Counted from the stretch's first letter, positions 28,719 through 39,142 are shown. The stretch: 64,000 bases of DNA from Solirubrobacterales bacterium (GCA_947474595.1 CANJIV010000004.1:148732-212731), one strand, 5' to 3'. A program made the numbers and translations. The notes: a model not told the origin generated them from the sequence alone.

Positions 28719-29261
28719 TTAAGCGGGCGCGTCTTTGGGCTTTAGGTCCACGTCGGCCATCGTAAGACGCCCGAACTGTCCGCGGAAGTAGGCCAGCGGC
28801 GCACCGGGCCGCGCAGTGGCCTCGTGTACCTCGGCGATAAAAACGATGTGCGTGCCGGCGGTGACCTGTTCGGTGACATCGCAGACCAAATGGGCAAGGG
28901 CATCAACGATTAGTGGCTGGCCGTGAGCGCCGAAGTCGATCTCTACGCCGTCGAACTTATCCTCCCCTTTGCTGGCAAACCGCTGGGCGTGGTGGTGGTG
29001 GTCCTCGCCCAAGACATTCACCGCAAAGGCGCCTGACTGCTTAATTGCCTTCCCCGTTGCGGATTCAACGTTCATACAGATGAGCAGCATCGGGGGGTCC
29101 AGCGAAAGAGAGCTAACAGCGCTGGCCGTTGTCCCTTGTGGCTTTCCGTCGACGCTGGTCGTAACTACCGTGACACCACTGGCGAAAGAGCCGATGACGT
29201 CGCGGAACTCTTCGGAGGAGAGCTTATTGTCCTTTGCCGTAGTCGGATTTTCGGGGGTCAT
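28719..29261 (-). CDS. flavin reductase family protein (NAD(P)H:flavin oxidoreductase)
   Basis: 180 aa. FRDVIGSFASGVTVVTT and the rest of the flavin reductase-like domain. Confidence 0.8.
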   Translation of the reverse strand: MTPENPTTAKDNKLSSEEFRDVIGSFASGVTVVTTSVDGKPQGTTASAVSSLSLDPPMLLICMNVESATGKAIKQSGAFAVNVLGEDHHHHAQRFASKGEDKFDGVEIDFGAHGQPLIVDALAHLVCDVTEQVTAGTHIVFIAEVHEATARPGAPLAYFRGQFGRLTMADVDLKPKDAPA

Positions 29262-30157
29262 CTTTGTGCGACGATCGGATTTGAGAGCAGTCCCACTCCG
29301 GGGATATCTACCTCAATAAGGTCACCGTCTTTAAGGAACAGTGGCGGCTCGCGAACAAATCCGACTCCGGCCGGGGTTCCTGTGGCGATGATATCTCCAG
29401 GCTCAAGCGTCATTGAACGCGAGAGGAAGGCGATCACCTCAGCGACGGGGTGGATCATCTGCGTCGCGCTGGCGTGTTGAACGATCTCGCCATTGAGCCG
29501 CGTTGTGAGCTCTAGCTGCTGAACGTCGGCGATCTCGTCCATCAACACTAGTGTGGGGCCACAAGGCGCGAACGTATCGACCGCCTTCCCGACTGTCCAC
29601 TGTGGCGTCTGCATCTGCAGGTCACGGGCACTTACGTCGTTAAAGGCCATCACTCCTGCAACATGACCAATCGCATCCGCGACACCCACGCCCCGGCACC
29701 GTTTACCGATCACTACAGCAATCTCGCCCTCATAATCAGCCTCTTTGGTGGCGCTCGGAATAACCACCGCAGCCCCAGGGCCGATCAAGGAGTTACGAAA
29801 CTTCGCGAATATCGTCGGCGCTGGAGGGGCTTCAAAGTCAGCCTCTACTGCGTGCTCTAGGTAGTTGAGACCGACGCAGAGAATCTTGTCGGGATCCGGG
29901 ACTGGTGGCCCAATCGTTAGATCGTTGATGGTGCCGACTGCCTTGCCGACTGCCTGTTGGGCATCTTGGGCGAGTTGGGCGAGTGCCCCCGGAGATGCCG
30001 TAATCAATCTGCGAACCGACCATGGAGCCTGAGATAGCTCAGCCTGCAGATCACTTCCTGCGATAGCTTCGACATCGATAACGGCATCGCCTACAACAAC
30101 ACCTGGGCGCCACGATCCATCCTGAGCACCGTCTTGGCGATAGCTAACAAGGCGCAT
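29258..30157 (-). CDS. fumarylacetoacetate hydrolase (FAH) family protein
   Basis: 299 aa. C-terminal FAH domain motifs YEGEIAVVIG and GDIIATGTPAGVG. Confidence 0.8.
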   Translation of the reverse strand: MRLVSYRQDGAQDGSWRPGVVVGDAVIDVEAIAGSDLQAELSQAPWSVRRLITASPGALAQLAQDAQQAVGKAVGTINDLTIGPPVPDPDKILCVGLNYLEHAVEADFEAPPAPTIFAKFRNSLIGPGAAVVIPSATKEADYEGEIAVVIGKRCRGVGVADAIGHVAGVMAFNDVSARDLQMQTPQWTVGKAVDTFAPCGPTLVLMDEIADVQQLELTTRLNGEIVQHASATQMIHPVAEVIAFLSRSMTLEPGDIIATGTPAGVGFVREPPLFLKDGDLIEVDIPGVGLLSNPIVAQR

Positions 30158-31362
30158 TAGAGAGCCCTCGTTTCAGCAAACAGCCCACGCGCAGCGTTGG
30201 TAAGAACCTCACAACCATCAGCTTCCACCGCGACCACATCCTCGATCCGGGTTCCAGCAACGCCTTCTTTTAGCAAACAGGGTTCGATAGTAATCACCTC
30301 TCCCACTCGAAGCGGGGTATCGTCGTAGTAGTAGTCGGGCATGTCATGAACATCTAATCCTATCCCGTGGCCTAGGAGTTCTATCTTGTGGTCTTGAACT
30401 CCCTCCTGGCGTGCAACGGCGACAGCGACAGCGTTTAGCTCACGTGCGGTGATCCCCGCGCGCACAGCCTTGACTACCTCTCGGTTCATTAGCAAAGTCG
30501 CTGCGTGTAGGTGGGCGAGCTCCGGCGTTAGATCATCAGGTTCACCAGCGAAGCGCATCCGTGCAATGTCGCCAGCGTAGCCATCAAAGCGCGGCAGGAC
30601 GTCCAAGAGCACCCACTCGCCACGCTCGATGACTTTCTCTCTGGTTGGGAGCGAACTACCCGATGCGCTGTTGGCGCCAGCCGAGATAATCGACCCACCA
30701 GCGCTCTCAAAGTCTCCAAGTCGCCGCAACATCTCCTCCGCGACAAGACCAACCTCATACTCAGTGACCCCTGGGGCTACAGCATCCATGCCAGCGATCA
30801 CCGCCGCGTCAGCGATACGCTCTGAGCGCCGAATACGCTCAAGCTCGGCTGGGCTCTTGACGGCCCGCACATCCGAAATCAGCAACGTAGGCACGAACTC
30901 CGTGTCGGGTGCGCCAGCCTGCAGGGCCAGATAGTCGTGCGCTGGAAAGATATGCCAATTATCTATCCCAACACGGCGTAGCTTCTGGGCGCCAATCGCT
31001 CGGCCGAGATCCTTGCCTAGGCCTGTAGATCCGGCGACATCGGCATACTCAGACATCTCTTGGGCTCGAACCACATCCCATAGAGCGTCGGTCCGCAGGA
31101 ACGGCGTGCCAGCGAGTGGAATCAATGCCGCGCACGATCCAAACATGTAGTAACCATCGTCGAGCGTATGTTGGTGGCCAGCGAAGCGGGTGTAGTAGGA
31201 GGTCAGATATCGGACGTTTGCTGTGATCTTTGCGTTGGAGTAGGCGATCACACCGTCGAGCCCCTGCGCCTCGGCGCTAGCCCGAACAGCAGCCGTCCGG
31301 GCTAAATACTCGTTCGCCGTTACCGGGTCAATTGGCCATAGATTTAAGTCGCTACCCATCAC
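30157..31362 (-). CDS. M24 family metallohydrolase (Xaa-Pro peptidase/creatinase fold)
   Basis: 401 aa. Pita-bread metal ligands are present (DVLPRFDGYAGDIAR, GHGIGLDVHD, TIEP, RIED). Confidence 0.8.
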   Translation of the reverse strand: MMGSDLNLWPIDPVTANEYLARTAAVRASAEAQGLDGVIAYSNAKITANVRYLTSYYTRFAGHQHTLDDGYYMFGSCAALIPLAGTPFLRTDALWDVVRAQEMSEYADVAGSTGLGKDLGRAIGAQKLRRVGIDNWHIFPAHDYLALQAGAPDTEFVPTLLISDVRAVKSPAELERIRRSERIADAAVIAGMDAVAPGVTEYEVGLVAEEMLRRLGDFESAGGSIISAGANSASGSSLPTREKVIERGEWVLLDVLPRFDGYAGDIARMRFAGEPDDLTPELAHLHAATLLMNREVVKAVRAGITARELNAVAVAVARQEGVQDHKIELLGHGIGLDVHDMPDYYYDDTPLRVGEVITIEPCLLKEGVAGTRIEDVVAVEADGCEVLTNAARGLFAETRAL

Positions 31363-31416
31363 ATGCGCTCCGTAAGGAGATGCCTGCTGGACTGTTAGCA
31401 GCGACGCCAGCCCTCA

Positions 31417-32205
31417 TCAGAGCATCGCTCTTCCGCCACTTACGTCCAACGTGACTCCAGTAATCCAGCGAGCCGAATCAGAGGCGAGAAATAGCGTGGC
31501 GCTGGCGCAGTCTTCAGGGGTTCCCAGCCGCCCTAGTGGCGACAATCCAGCGGTCATTGAGAGGGCCTCTTCGTCCATTATCCGCTCGACCCTTTCGGTG
31601 CTTATAGTGCCGGGCGCAACTGCGTTGACGCGAACCCCATAGGGGCCTAGCTCAATCGCAGAGTGGCGGGTCAGCATTACGACACCGGCCTTAGCAGCCG
31701 CGTATGAAGCTGTGACGAGCTTGTCTAGAACTCTGCCCGAAATTGATGCCATCGTCACGATCGAACCCCTACGGCGCTCCATCATTCCCGGCAGAAACTC
31801 TGACATCGTTAAATATGTCGATGTCAGATTTGCCTCGACTACCTCACGCCACTCTTCCACGGGCGTCTCCCAGATCGGGCTGAATGCACTGAAACCACCC
31901 GCGAACGGAATTAAGATGTCGGTCGGCCCAAAAGCCTTTTCGGTTTCGATCCGTACGCGGTGCAGATCATCGGCAGACGTTGCGTCGCCAGTCAGGCCAA
32001 CGGCATCACCGCCGACCTCAAGTAGCTGGGCCACCGACTCTTGGAGGGTCGCCATCGAGCGGGCGACTACAACCACCTTGACCTGATTAGCGACAAGCAT
32101 TCGGCATACCGCAGCGCCGATCCCTTGGGAGCCGCCAGTTACAACCGCCACCTTCCCTGCGAGGTCGGGATAGTTTGGAACCGGAAAGGCGCCGTCGTCA
32201 ATCAC
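31417..32205 (-). CDS. SDR family oxidoreductase
   Basis: 262 aa. TGGSQGIG cofactor motif and YxxxK (YAAAK). Confidence 0.85.
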   Translation of the reverse strand: MIDDGAFPVPNYPDLAGKVAVVTGGSQGIGAAVCRMLVANQVKVVVVARSMATLQESVAQLLEVGGDAVGLTGDATSADDLHRVRIETEKAFGPTDILIPFAGGFSAFSPIWETPVEEWREVVEANLTSTYLTMSEFLPGMMERRRGSIVTMASISGRVLDKLVTASYAAAKAGVVMLTRHSAIELGPYGVRVNAVAPGTISTERVERIMDEEALSMTAGLSPLGRLGTPEDCASATLFLASDSARWITGVTLDVSGGRAML

Positions 32206-33170
32206 CGCGCGGCCTGCGGATTGACCGGCCTATCTGCCGGCTCCCCTCGCAGGCTACGCGCTATCTCTTGCGCCGCTCGTCGCTGAAGCTCTTCGGTGGC
32301 CTCAACTGAGTGAAAGGCCATGTGGGGAGTGACCACGGCATGCGGATGAGTGCGAAGCGGATGCCCTGCAGGTAGAGGCTCAGGGTCGGTGACGTCTAGG
32401 GCAACGCCCGACAACGTCCCGTCATCCAGCGCAGCCACGACATCATCGAGATCTACCAACCCGCCGCGTGAGGTGTTGATCAAGATCGGTGATGCTTTCA
32501 TCATCGCGATCGTTTCGGCGCGGATTAGCTTTGAGTTCTCTGCTGTCATCGGGACGTGCAGCGAAACGATGTCTGCCGCTTCGAGGGCCTCTTCCAATGA
32601 GTCAACGACCGTCACGCCGGGAACCTCTCCAGCTTTTACAAATGGGTCATAGCCCACAACTTCGATTCCGAACGCTTGGGCGCGCTGTGCGACGCGACGG
32701 CCGATCCCACCGAGCCCCAGAATCGTCAAACGGCGATCGGCGACCCTGCGAACGGCTGCGTGGTCAATCTCCCAGCCGCCTTGAGCCACTCCACGGGCTG
32801 CCGCAAACACAGCTCGGACGCTGCCCAGCAGGAGGGCCATGGTGTGATCGGCGACCTCATCGAAGCAGTAGTCGGGAACATTAGTGACGACTATTCCAGC
32901 GCGAGTCGCTGCTTCAATATCGATGTTGTCGTAGCCGATGCCATAACGAGCGATGATCTTCGCGCCACCGGCCGCTGCGGCTTCGATGACAGATGCTGGT
33001 ATCGAAGCAAAGCAGACCAGCATTCCATCGATATCGGCTGATTGAGCTATGAGTGCTTCGGCCGATTGATCTGAAGCGATAATCAGCTCTACGCCGAGCG
33101 GGTCGAGAACGGCCCGCTCGGGTTCAAAGCCGCCAAAGACGGAATCGGTAATCAGCACTCTCGGTGACAT
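32202..33170 (-). CDS. D-isomer-specific 2-hydroxyacid dehydrogenase family protein
   Basis: Start trimmed to the ATG at 33170 (MSPRVLITD). The ORF-track N-terminal 103 aa overlap the upstream gene. GLGGIGRRVA, NTSRGGLVD and TPHMAF motifs. Confidence 0.8.
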   Translation of the reverse strand: MSPRVLITDSVFGGFEPERAVLDPLGVELIIASDQSAEALIAQSADIDGMLVCFASIPASVIEAAAAGGAKIIARYGIGYDNIDIEAATRAGIVVTNVPDYCFDEVADHTMALLLGSVRAVFAAARGVAQGGWEIDHAAVRRVADRRLTILGLGGIGRRVAQRAQAFGIEVVGYDPFVKAGEVPGVTVVDSLEEALEAADIVSLHVPMTAENSKLIRAETIAMMKASPILINTSRGGLVDLDDVVAALDDGTLSGVALDVTDPEPLPAGHPLRTHPHAVVTPHMAFHSVEATEELQRRAAQEIARSLRGEPADRPVNPQAAR

Positions 33171-33192
33171 CGTCAACCTCAGCCTTCCGCGG

Positions 33193-34506
33193 CTAGGAGA
33201 GAGCTTCGTCGTAGAACGGATGCTTTGTAAAGAGGACTGGGCCGTCCTTGGTGACGAGCAGGTTCTCCTCAAGGCGGACGGTCTGCTCCAATCCTGGGTG
33301 ACCGGCAAAGGTCTCACAGGCGAAGTACATGTTCTCCTGCAATTCGACTGGATAGTCAAGCGAGTAGGCGCGCGAGATCCACATGCCCTCGTATAGCGAG
33401 AGGCCGATCGAATGCGCAAACTGCTGGAGCGTGACGGTTCCAAACTCATCGTCGGCGTAGGTGGGCAGCTTGCTTGCAACGTCGGCTGTTGTGTTACCAG
33501 CCTTCATCATCTCGATCGCTGCGTACATCGACTCATAACACTCTTTGTAAAGGTCTTTCTCCTTCGGAGTCAGCGGCGAATCGACCTTGAAGCAGCGCAC
33601 GAAGTCGACAAAGTAGCCGCCCGGCCCGATCGCATTCTGATCGACGATCACCAAGTCGCCTTGGCGGATCACCTTATCGGTGTGCCAGCGGCGATAGGGG
33701 CTGGTATTACCACCAGAGGCGACGATGATGTCGTAGACGAAGTCAAAGCCGTTCTCATAGAGATACTCGTTGACCTTGGCGGTGATTGTGCTCTCCTTGA
33801 CGCCAGGCTTAAGCCACTCGTTCTCTATCTTCCAAAACGATGTGTCGCCGATTGCGCTAGAGATCTTTAGGCACTCAAGCTCATCGGGGGTCTTGATCAC
33901 ACGAGCACCTGACATCACCGGCCAAGCGCTGACGAGCTTGACTCCGGCGCGCTCAAAGGCGGCGTAGGCGGAGGGGTCGGCGATGTCGATGCCGATCTTC
34001 TCATCCTTGACACCGTTCTCGGCTAGAACATCGACAATCGACTGAACCATCTTGTCGGCCATCATCTGCTCGGCCGTCTCGGCCCACTTCCAAGTGATCG
34101 CGGGGCGGATATTGCCGTTTAGCCATGGTGCATCGATCTTTGCGCACTCTAGGTCTGAGCCGGCAGTTTCAAAGAGCACCGGCTCGCCGCCGCGTGGCAA
34201 GACGCAGTAGCGGATAAAGATGTTGTTTTTCCAGTTGCCCTGAAAGACGCTCGTGATGTAGCGCACGTTTTCGCCGGCGAAACAGATGACTGCCCCGAGA
34301 TCGTGCTCTTCCATCTTCATCCGAGCGCGTGCGAGGCGGTCCTTACGCATGCGGTCAAAGTCGACCCGAGCCTGCCAGTCAGTCGATGTCGTGCTGTAGA
34401 CGCGCCGTGGGTCGTGCTCGTGGGGCTTGCCCAGGAAACTTAAGTCCATGCCTTTGCCGGCGGGCGTCAGTGTGTGGTCTGGAACGTTGGAACTGGAAGC
34501 TTGCAT
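33193..34506 (-). CDS. long-form M24 family metallohydrolase (creatinase/DddP-like architecture)
   Basis: Start placed at the second ATG (34506, MQASSS), which is preceded by AGGAGAG; the ORF-track start is 34536. The creatinase-like N-domain plus pita-bread domain has D/D/H/E/E ligand positions present. Confidence 0.7.
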   Translation of the reverse strand: MQASSSNVPDHTLTPAGKGMDLSFLGKPHEHDPRRVYSTTSTDWQARVDFDRMRKDRLARARMKMEEHDLGAVICFAGENVRYITSVFQGNWKNNIFIRYCVLPRGGEPVLFETAGSDLECAKIDAPWLNGNIRPAITWKWAETAEQMMADKMVQSIVDVLAENGVKDEKIGIDIADPSAYAAFERAGVKLVSAWPVMSGARVIKTPDELECLKISSAIGDTSFWKIENEWLKPGVKESTITAKVNEYLYENGFDFVYDIIVASGGNTSPYRRWHTDKVIRQGDLVIVDQNAIGPGGYFVDFVRCFKVDSPLTPKEKDLYKECYESMYAAIEMMKAGNTTADVASKLPTYADDEFGTVTLQQFAHSIGLSLYEGMWISRAYSLDYPVELQENMYFACETFAGHPGLEQTVRLEENLLVTKDGPVLFTKHPFYDEALS

Positions 34507-34566
34507 GACTCTCCTGATCGGCGGTTGGGAGGCCATCTCGGCGAGATCGGCTCTCTAGCTCGGTCG

Positions 34567-34595
34567 AACCTACAGTTTGTTAGCGCTACTGTCAA
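34567..34595 (-). promoter_or_regulatory. predicted promoter of the M24-led operon: -35 TTGACA, 17-nt spacer, -10 TAGGTT, with palindromic word GTAGCGCTAAC in the spacer
   Basis: The minus-strand sequence reads cTTGACAgtagcgctaacaaactgTAGGTTcg. It lies about 60 nt upstream of the start codon. Confidence 0.45.
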
Positions 34596-34618
34596 GACGA
34601 AAGTGGGACTAACAAGGA

Positions 34619-35632
34619 CTACCCTCTGTCGGGTAGATCAACAACGATCCGTCCTGCGAGATCGCCCGAAGCCAATGCAGCTAGCCCCTCATTGACTTCG
34701 TCAAAAGCAAAGCGCCTCGCTATCGGTGGCTTTACCGCGCCACTCTCAACGGCGCGAAGCGCGGCTCGTGCATCTTCTCGGCTTCCGAGCCGGGAGCCTA
34801 AGACCGTTATCTCTTGTAGGACCAAGCGGGCGGAGTCCAGGCCGTATTCAACCCCCGGCTGATATCCGCAGCAGACGATCCGGCCTCCTGAGCGCACGGC
34901 CGCAACCGCTGCCTCAAAGCCTGCGCGAGTGCCTGATGTATCCAGCACAAGGTCTACGCCTCCATCAGACCAATCCGCCAACCGATAAATCTCATCAGGG
35001 CCGAGTGCCACCTGGGCGCCAAGTTCACACGCTAATAATCGGCGATCCGCGCGTGTATCGAGGGCAGCAACTTCTGCTCCGAGATGGCGAGCAATCTGAA
35101 CGCCGTTAAGTCCTAGTCCGCCAGCGCCGACGACTAGCACGCGCTCTCCGCTAGCCACTGCCCCTCGCTTTTTGAGCGCATGCCATGGAGTCGTAACCGC
35201 GTCCATAGCGACAGCCGCCGCCGCATGCCCGATGCTGGCATCAAATGGCAGAACATTTTCCCCGCGAACCGCGACGTATGTCGCTAATCCACCATCCTGC
35301 TCAAATCCAAGGCGCCGCGAACTGCGGCAGAGCTCTGACTCGTCGCGCGCGCACGAACCGCACGCGCCGCACGGGGTGTAGAAGTAGCAGGCAACGTCAG
35401 TCCCAGCTGGCAGGTCCCCGTAGTCGTTTACTAACTGCCCAGCGATCTCGTGCCCAGTCACCATCGGCAGCGGGGTGTCTTCGCCGAATGCTCCGCTATT
35501 AATTTTGAGGTCTGTCCCGCAGAGTCCCACCGCATGGACGGCCACTAAAACCTCGTCGTGACCGACGACTGGATCAGCGATATCGCGCAGAGCCAACGGA
35601 CGACCAAACTGCTCTAGAACCGCAGCGCGCAT
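34619..35632 (-). CDS. zinc-binding alcohol dehydrogenase family protein
   Basis: Start trimmed to the ATG at 35632 (MRAAVLEQFG), overlapping the upstream stop by 1 nt. GLCGTDL, GHE, a structural Cys cluster and GAGGLG. Confidence 0.8.
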   Translation of the reverse strand: MRAAVLEQFGRPLALRDIADPVVGHDEVLVAVHAVGLCGTDLKINSGAFGEDTPLPMVTGHEIAGQLVNDYGDLPAGTDVACYFYTPCGACGSCARDESELCRSSRRLGFEQDGGLATYVAVRGENVLPFDASIGHAAAAVAMDAVTTPWHALKKRGAVASGERVLVVGAGGLGLNGVQIARHLGAEVAALDTRADRRLLACELGAQVALGPDEIYRLADWSDGGVDLVLDTSGTRAGFEAAVAAVRSGGRIVCCGYQPGVEYGLDSARLVLQEITVLGSRLGSREDARAALRAVESGAVKPPIARRFAFDEVNEGLAALASGDLAGRIVVDLPDRG

Positions 35633-36663
35633 TAACTTTTCTCGAGCGCGACGGGCTCCTGCTCTGGCGTTGTTACCTTCGCAGCGCGGACGCTTCGCCA
35701 CCAACCAAATAGGTCGGGCGCCGAGATGATCGTGACAATGAATAACAGGCCGCCGGTAATCAGGTCTGAGATGTAATCCGGCGTGGCCATCAGCCCGAAC
35801 AGTTCATTGAGAAGCGCCAGCGTAAATGCTCCAGCTGCAATTCCTAGCGCGCTGCCACGGCCGCCAGCGAGCGCTACGCCACCGAGCAGAACTGCAGTGA
35901 TGGCGAAGATCAGAGGCCCAAATCCTAGATCGGGAATGGCCGTTGCCAAGCTGTAGCCCAAAAGCGACCCACCAAGAGCGGCCAGCATCGCCGAGGCAAC
36001 AAAACAGCCAACCAGGAGCGGGTCAGCACGTACGCCGGCGATGCGCGTTGCTCGCCGCTCCCCCCCCATCGCGCGGAGATTGCGCCCAAGGACGGTGTAG
36101 CGAAGAACCAAGAAGACAATCGCGAAGATCGCAATCGTGATCAGACTCCTGATTGAGAAAAAGGAGAGAATCGGATCGTCAAGACTGATTCCGACATTGA
36201 CATTTTTGTAAGGGACGCTCGCGTTGCCGCCAATAATGTTGACTAGGCCTAAAACCGTCAAGTAGCCGCCCAGTGTCACGGTCATCGAGTTAATGCGCAA
36301 CTTGGCCACTATCAGCCCTTGAACAAGACCGATAAGACCGGCGGCAGCGACCGCCAATACAACCCCGAGAACGGGACTACTGGTCCCCGTTTGCACCGCA
36401 ACCATCGCACCGAGCGAATACATCGCCAAAACGGAAAGGTCAAACTCACCGGCAATCACCGTGATGCCAAGTGCTAGCGCTAACAGCGACAGCGCAGACC
36501 AGTCTTGGAAAGCGTTGTAAACGTTAAAGTCGGTCGGCGAGGTGCCTTTGAGGGCTGGGATGACGAAGAACATCACGACCATCGCCACGAGCAGCAACAC
36601 CGGCATGATACCCAGCGCCCTCGCGCGCCTTCCTTGACGTGGACTTTGCTGAACCTCGGTCAT
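35632..36663 (-). CDS. sugar (CUT2/ribose-type) ABC transporter permease
   Basis: 343 aa. Polytopic BPD_transp_2-like protein, translationally coupled to its neighbours. Confidence 0.85.
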   Translation of the reverse strand: MTEVQQSPRQGRRARALGIMPVLLLVAMVVMFFVIPALKGTSPTDFNVYNAFQDWSALSLLALALGITVIAGEFDLSVLAMYSLGAMVAVQTGTSSPVLGVVLAVAAAGLIGLVQGLIVAKLRINSMTVTLGGYLTVLGLVNIIGGNASVPYKNVNVGISLDDPILSFFSIRSLITIAIFAIVFLVLRYTVLGRNLRAMGGERRATRIAGVRADPLLVGCFVASAMLAALGGSLLGYSLATAIPDLGFGPLIFAITAVLLGGVALAGGRGSALGIAAGAFTLALLNELFGLMATPDYISDLITGGLLFIVTIISAPDLFGWWRSVRAAKVTTPEQEPVALEKS

Positions 36664-37646
36664 GCTCGGTCCTCGCGGGCATTGAGCTGGACAATCACGA
36701 CTACAAAGAGCACCAGCAATCCCTTGACCATGATTTGAATGCCAGTGCTATAGCCGCGCAGCAGGAGCATGTCAGAGATGGCAGCGATGATTAGGGCGCC
36801 AAAGAGCGCACGCGTCACAGATCCTCGACCTCCGGTAACCGCACTACCGCCAACAAGCGCTGCCGCGATCGCATCGAATGTGAACGTGCCCCCGACCAGA
36901 AGGGTCGCATTCTGGTTGAAGGCTCCAAGCAGCATCCCAGCTAGCGCCGCACAGGCTCCAGCGATAGCAAATGCTCCCGTAATGATTAGCGTGACACGCA
37001 GCCCGGCGGCCGTGGCGGCTTGGCGGTTCTCGCCGACGAGATAGACCTCTTTGCCAAACCGGGTGCGGCGCATCACCAGCTCGCAGATAATTACCAGCAC
37101 CACTAGTACATACACCGGAAATGCGATGCCAAGCGGAGTCGACGTCATAAAATCAAAGCTCTTGTCGCCCGCGGGCGGGAAGATGCTAGACCCATCTGTA
37201 AGCCAGGCAGCGACCCCTGCTTGTAACGCCCCGGCCCCAATCGTGACAATGATCGGATTGGCGCCTATGGCCCCGATCACAAGGCCTTGCACCGCGCAGG
37301 CAGCGGTCCCGACTCCAAGCGTAATCAGAATCGCTGGAACTAGTCCAAGTTTGAGGGCCCAGAGAAAAGTTATTGCACCGACCGAAACCGTCGTACCAAG
37401 CGAAAGCGAAAATAGGTTCCCGCTGAGCATAATGACCGTCATCCCGACTGCGACGATGCCGACAAAACCAGTTGCCACAAGGATCGCCCGGATATTCTGG
37501 ATCGAAGTGAAGCTGTCGGTCGTAACAGCGCCGAAGATGAAAAAAGCTATAAGAACTCCCGCCACAGCGCGCCCGATTAGCTGGCGCCGGCTACCGGTGT
37601 AGATAGCGGCGAGCGGCCGAATAGCAGTACTGTCGGGGGTGCTCAT
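36660..37646 (-). CDS. sugar (CUT2/ribose-type) ABC transporter permease
   Basis: 328 aa. Polytopic paralogue of the adjacent permease, with 4-nt overlaps on both sides. Confidence 0.85.
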   Translation of the reverse strand: MSTPDSTAIRPLAAIYTGSRRQLIGRAVAGVLIAFFIFGAVTTDSFTSIQNIRAILVATGFVGIVAVGMTVIMLSGNLFSLSLGTTVSVGAITFLWALKLGLVPAILITLGVGTAACAVQGLVIGAIGANPIIVTIGAGALQAGVAAWLTDGSSIFPPAGDKSFDFMTSTPLGIAFPVYVLVVLVIICELVMRRTRFGKEVYLVGENRQAATAAGLRVTLIITGAFAIAGACAALAGMLLGAFNQNATLLVGGTFTFDAIAAALVGGSAVTGGRGSVTRALFGALIIAAISDMLLLRGYSTGIQIMVKGLLVLFVVVIVQLNAREDRA

Positions 37647-39142
37647 GCAACCGCCTTGGCATCACTGTCACGGTGAGTGATCTCAGCCAGTGCGCTAGCA
37701 GCAGTGACCTCCGACCGCTGTCTGGTAGACACAACCTGACCGCCAAACATCGTCACGATGATGTCAGAGAGGTCGAGGATCTCCGTTAGCTCAGTCGATG
37801 CGAATATCACGGCGTGACCGGCCGCTGCCGCGCGGCGAATTAAGTTGTGAATCTCCGCTCGACCACCTACGTCTACGCCACGGGTCGGCTCATCGAGGAT
37901 CAAGAGTTCAGTGCCTTTGCGATCTAGACACCGCCCAAGGAAGACCTTCTGCTGGTTTCCGCCACTGAGTTCAACTACTGCCGAGCGCAGGCGAGAAGGG
38001 TCGATGCCAGCTACCTCGGCAAGCTCTTTTGCTGTCCTAGCAGCAGCTCGGGGCTGCATAATTCCAGCCTGACTGAGGTCCCCAAGCCGTGTTGCAATCA
38101 GGTTGTCCGAGACAGACCGATTGAGGAATAAGCCATCCCCCTTACGATCGCCGGAGATGTAGGAAACCCCGGAAGCTAACGCACCACGCGGGGTGTTGAT
38201 ACGGACCTTTTTGCCAGCGATGGATACGTCTCCTGCGGCCTGTGGAACGAGTCCTCCTAACGCGCGCAGCACCTCGCTGGCGCCGCATCCAACCTGACCG
38301 GCGATGCCCATTATCTGGCCGCCTTCAAGCTGTAGATCTACTCCGGTGACGCGTGGAGGTACCTGCAGAGAGGACACCGTCACGATCTTTCCGCTCGATG
38401 GTCGCAACTCGCTCGTATCAGCGTCAACGACCGACCCAACCATCATCTCGATCAGTGTTGGGCGATCCACTTCAGCGATTGGCTTCGTCGCGACCAACTC
38501 GCCATCGCGTAGAACCGTCACGACATTACAAAGGGATAGAACCTCTCCAAGACGGTGGGAGACAAAGACGATGCTTGCGCCCTCTGCTGCAACATCTCGT
38601 ACAGCATTAAAGACAAAGGCTATCTCGGTGTCGCTTAGCGTCGCTGTGGGTTCGTCAAGGATCAGAAGTCCAGCCTCGCGGCCAAGGCCCCGTGCGATTT
38701 CCACAAGTTGGCGTTCGCCGATCGAAAGCAGCTCAACTGGCGTCGACGGGGAGATATGGCCTAGGCCAACACGTCCCAGCAACTGTTTAACACGAGGTCG
38801 AGCACGCCCAGGCCGCGTGATAAAGCTAGCCCCAGCGCGACCAAGGTCGATATTCTCTGCGACCGTGAGCTGCGGCACGAGGCTTAGCTCTTGATCGACC
38901 AGTGCGATGCCAGCAGCTTGAGCGTCGAGTGGGTTACGGAAAGAGATCGGCTCACCGTTGATCTCCAGAACGCCTTCGTCGGGCTGCTCTACGCCGGAAA
39001 GAATCTTTACGAGAGTGCTCTTGCCTGCGCCATTGTGGCCGCAGAGTGCATGGACCTCACCATCGCGGAGCTCTAGCGAGACACCGCGTAGCGCGGCCAC
39101 AGGGCCGTAGGACTTCACAAGTGTTTGTACTTGGAGTTTCAT
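37643..39142 (-). CDS. sugar ABC transporter ATP-binding protein (tandem NBD)
   Basis: 499 aa. Walker A GHNGAGKST, LSIGERQ signature, a second NBD with LSGGNQQK, and Walker B ILDEPT twice. Confidence 0.9.
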   Translation of the reverse strand: MKLQVQTLVKSYGPVAALRGVSLELRDGEVHALCGHNGAGKSTLVKILSGVEQPDEGVLEINGEPISFRNPLDAQAAGIALVDQELSLVPQLTVAENIDLGRAGASFITRPGRARPRVKQLLGRVGLGHISPSTPVELLSIGERQLVEIARGLGREAGLLILDEPTATLSDTEIAFVFNAVRDVAAEGASIVFVSHRLGEVLSLCNVVTVLRDGELVATKPIAEVDRPTLIEMMVGSVVDADTSELRPSSGKIVTVSSLQVPPRVTGVDLQLEGGQIMGIAGQVGCGASEVLRALGGLVPQAAGDVSIAGKKVRINTPRGALASGVSYISGDRKGDGLFLNRSVSDNLIATRLGDLSQAGIMQPRAAARTAKELAEVAGIDPSRLRSAVVELSGGNQQKVFLGRCLDRKGTELLILDEPTRGVDVGGRAEIHNLIRRAAAAGHAVIFASTELTEILDLSDIIVTMFGGQVVSTRQRSEVTAASALAEITHRDSDAKAVA

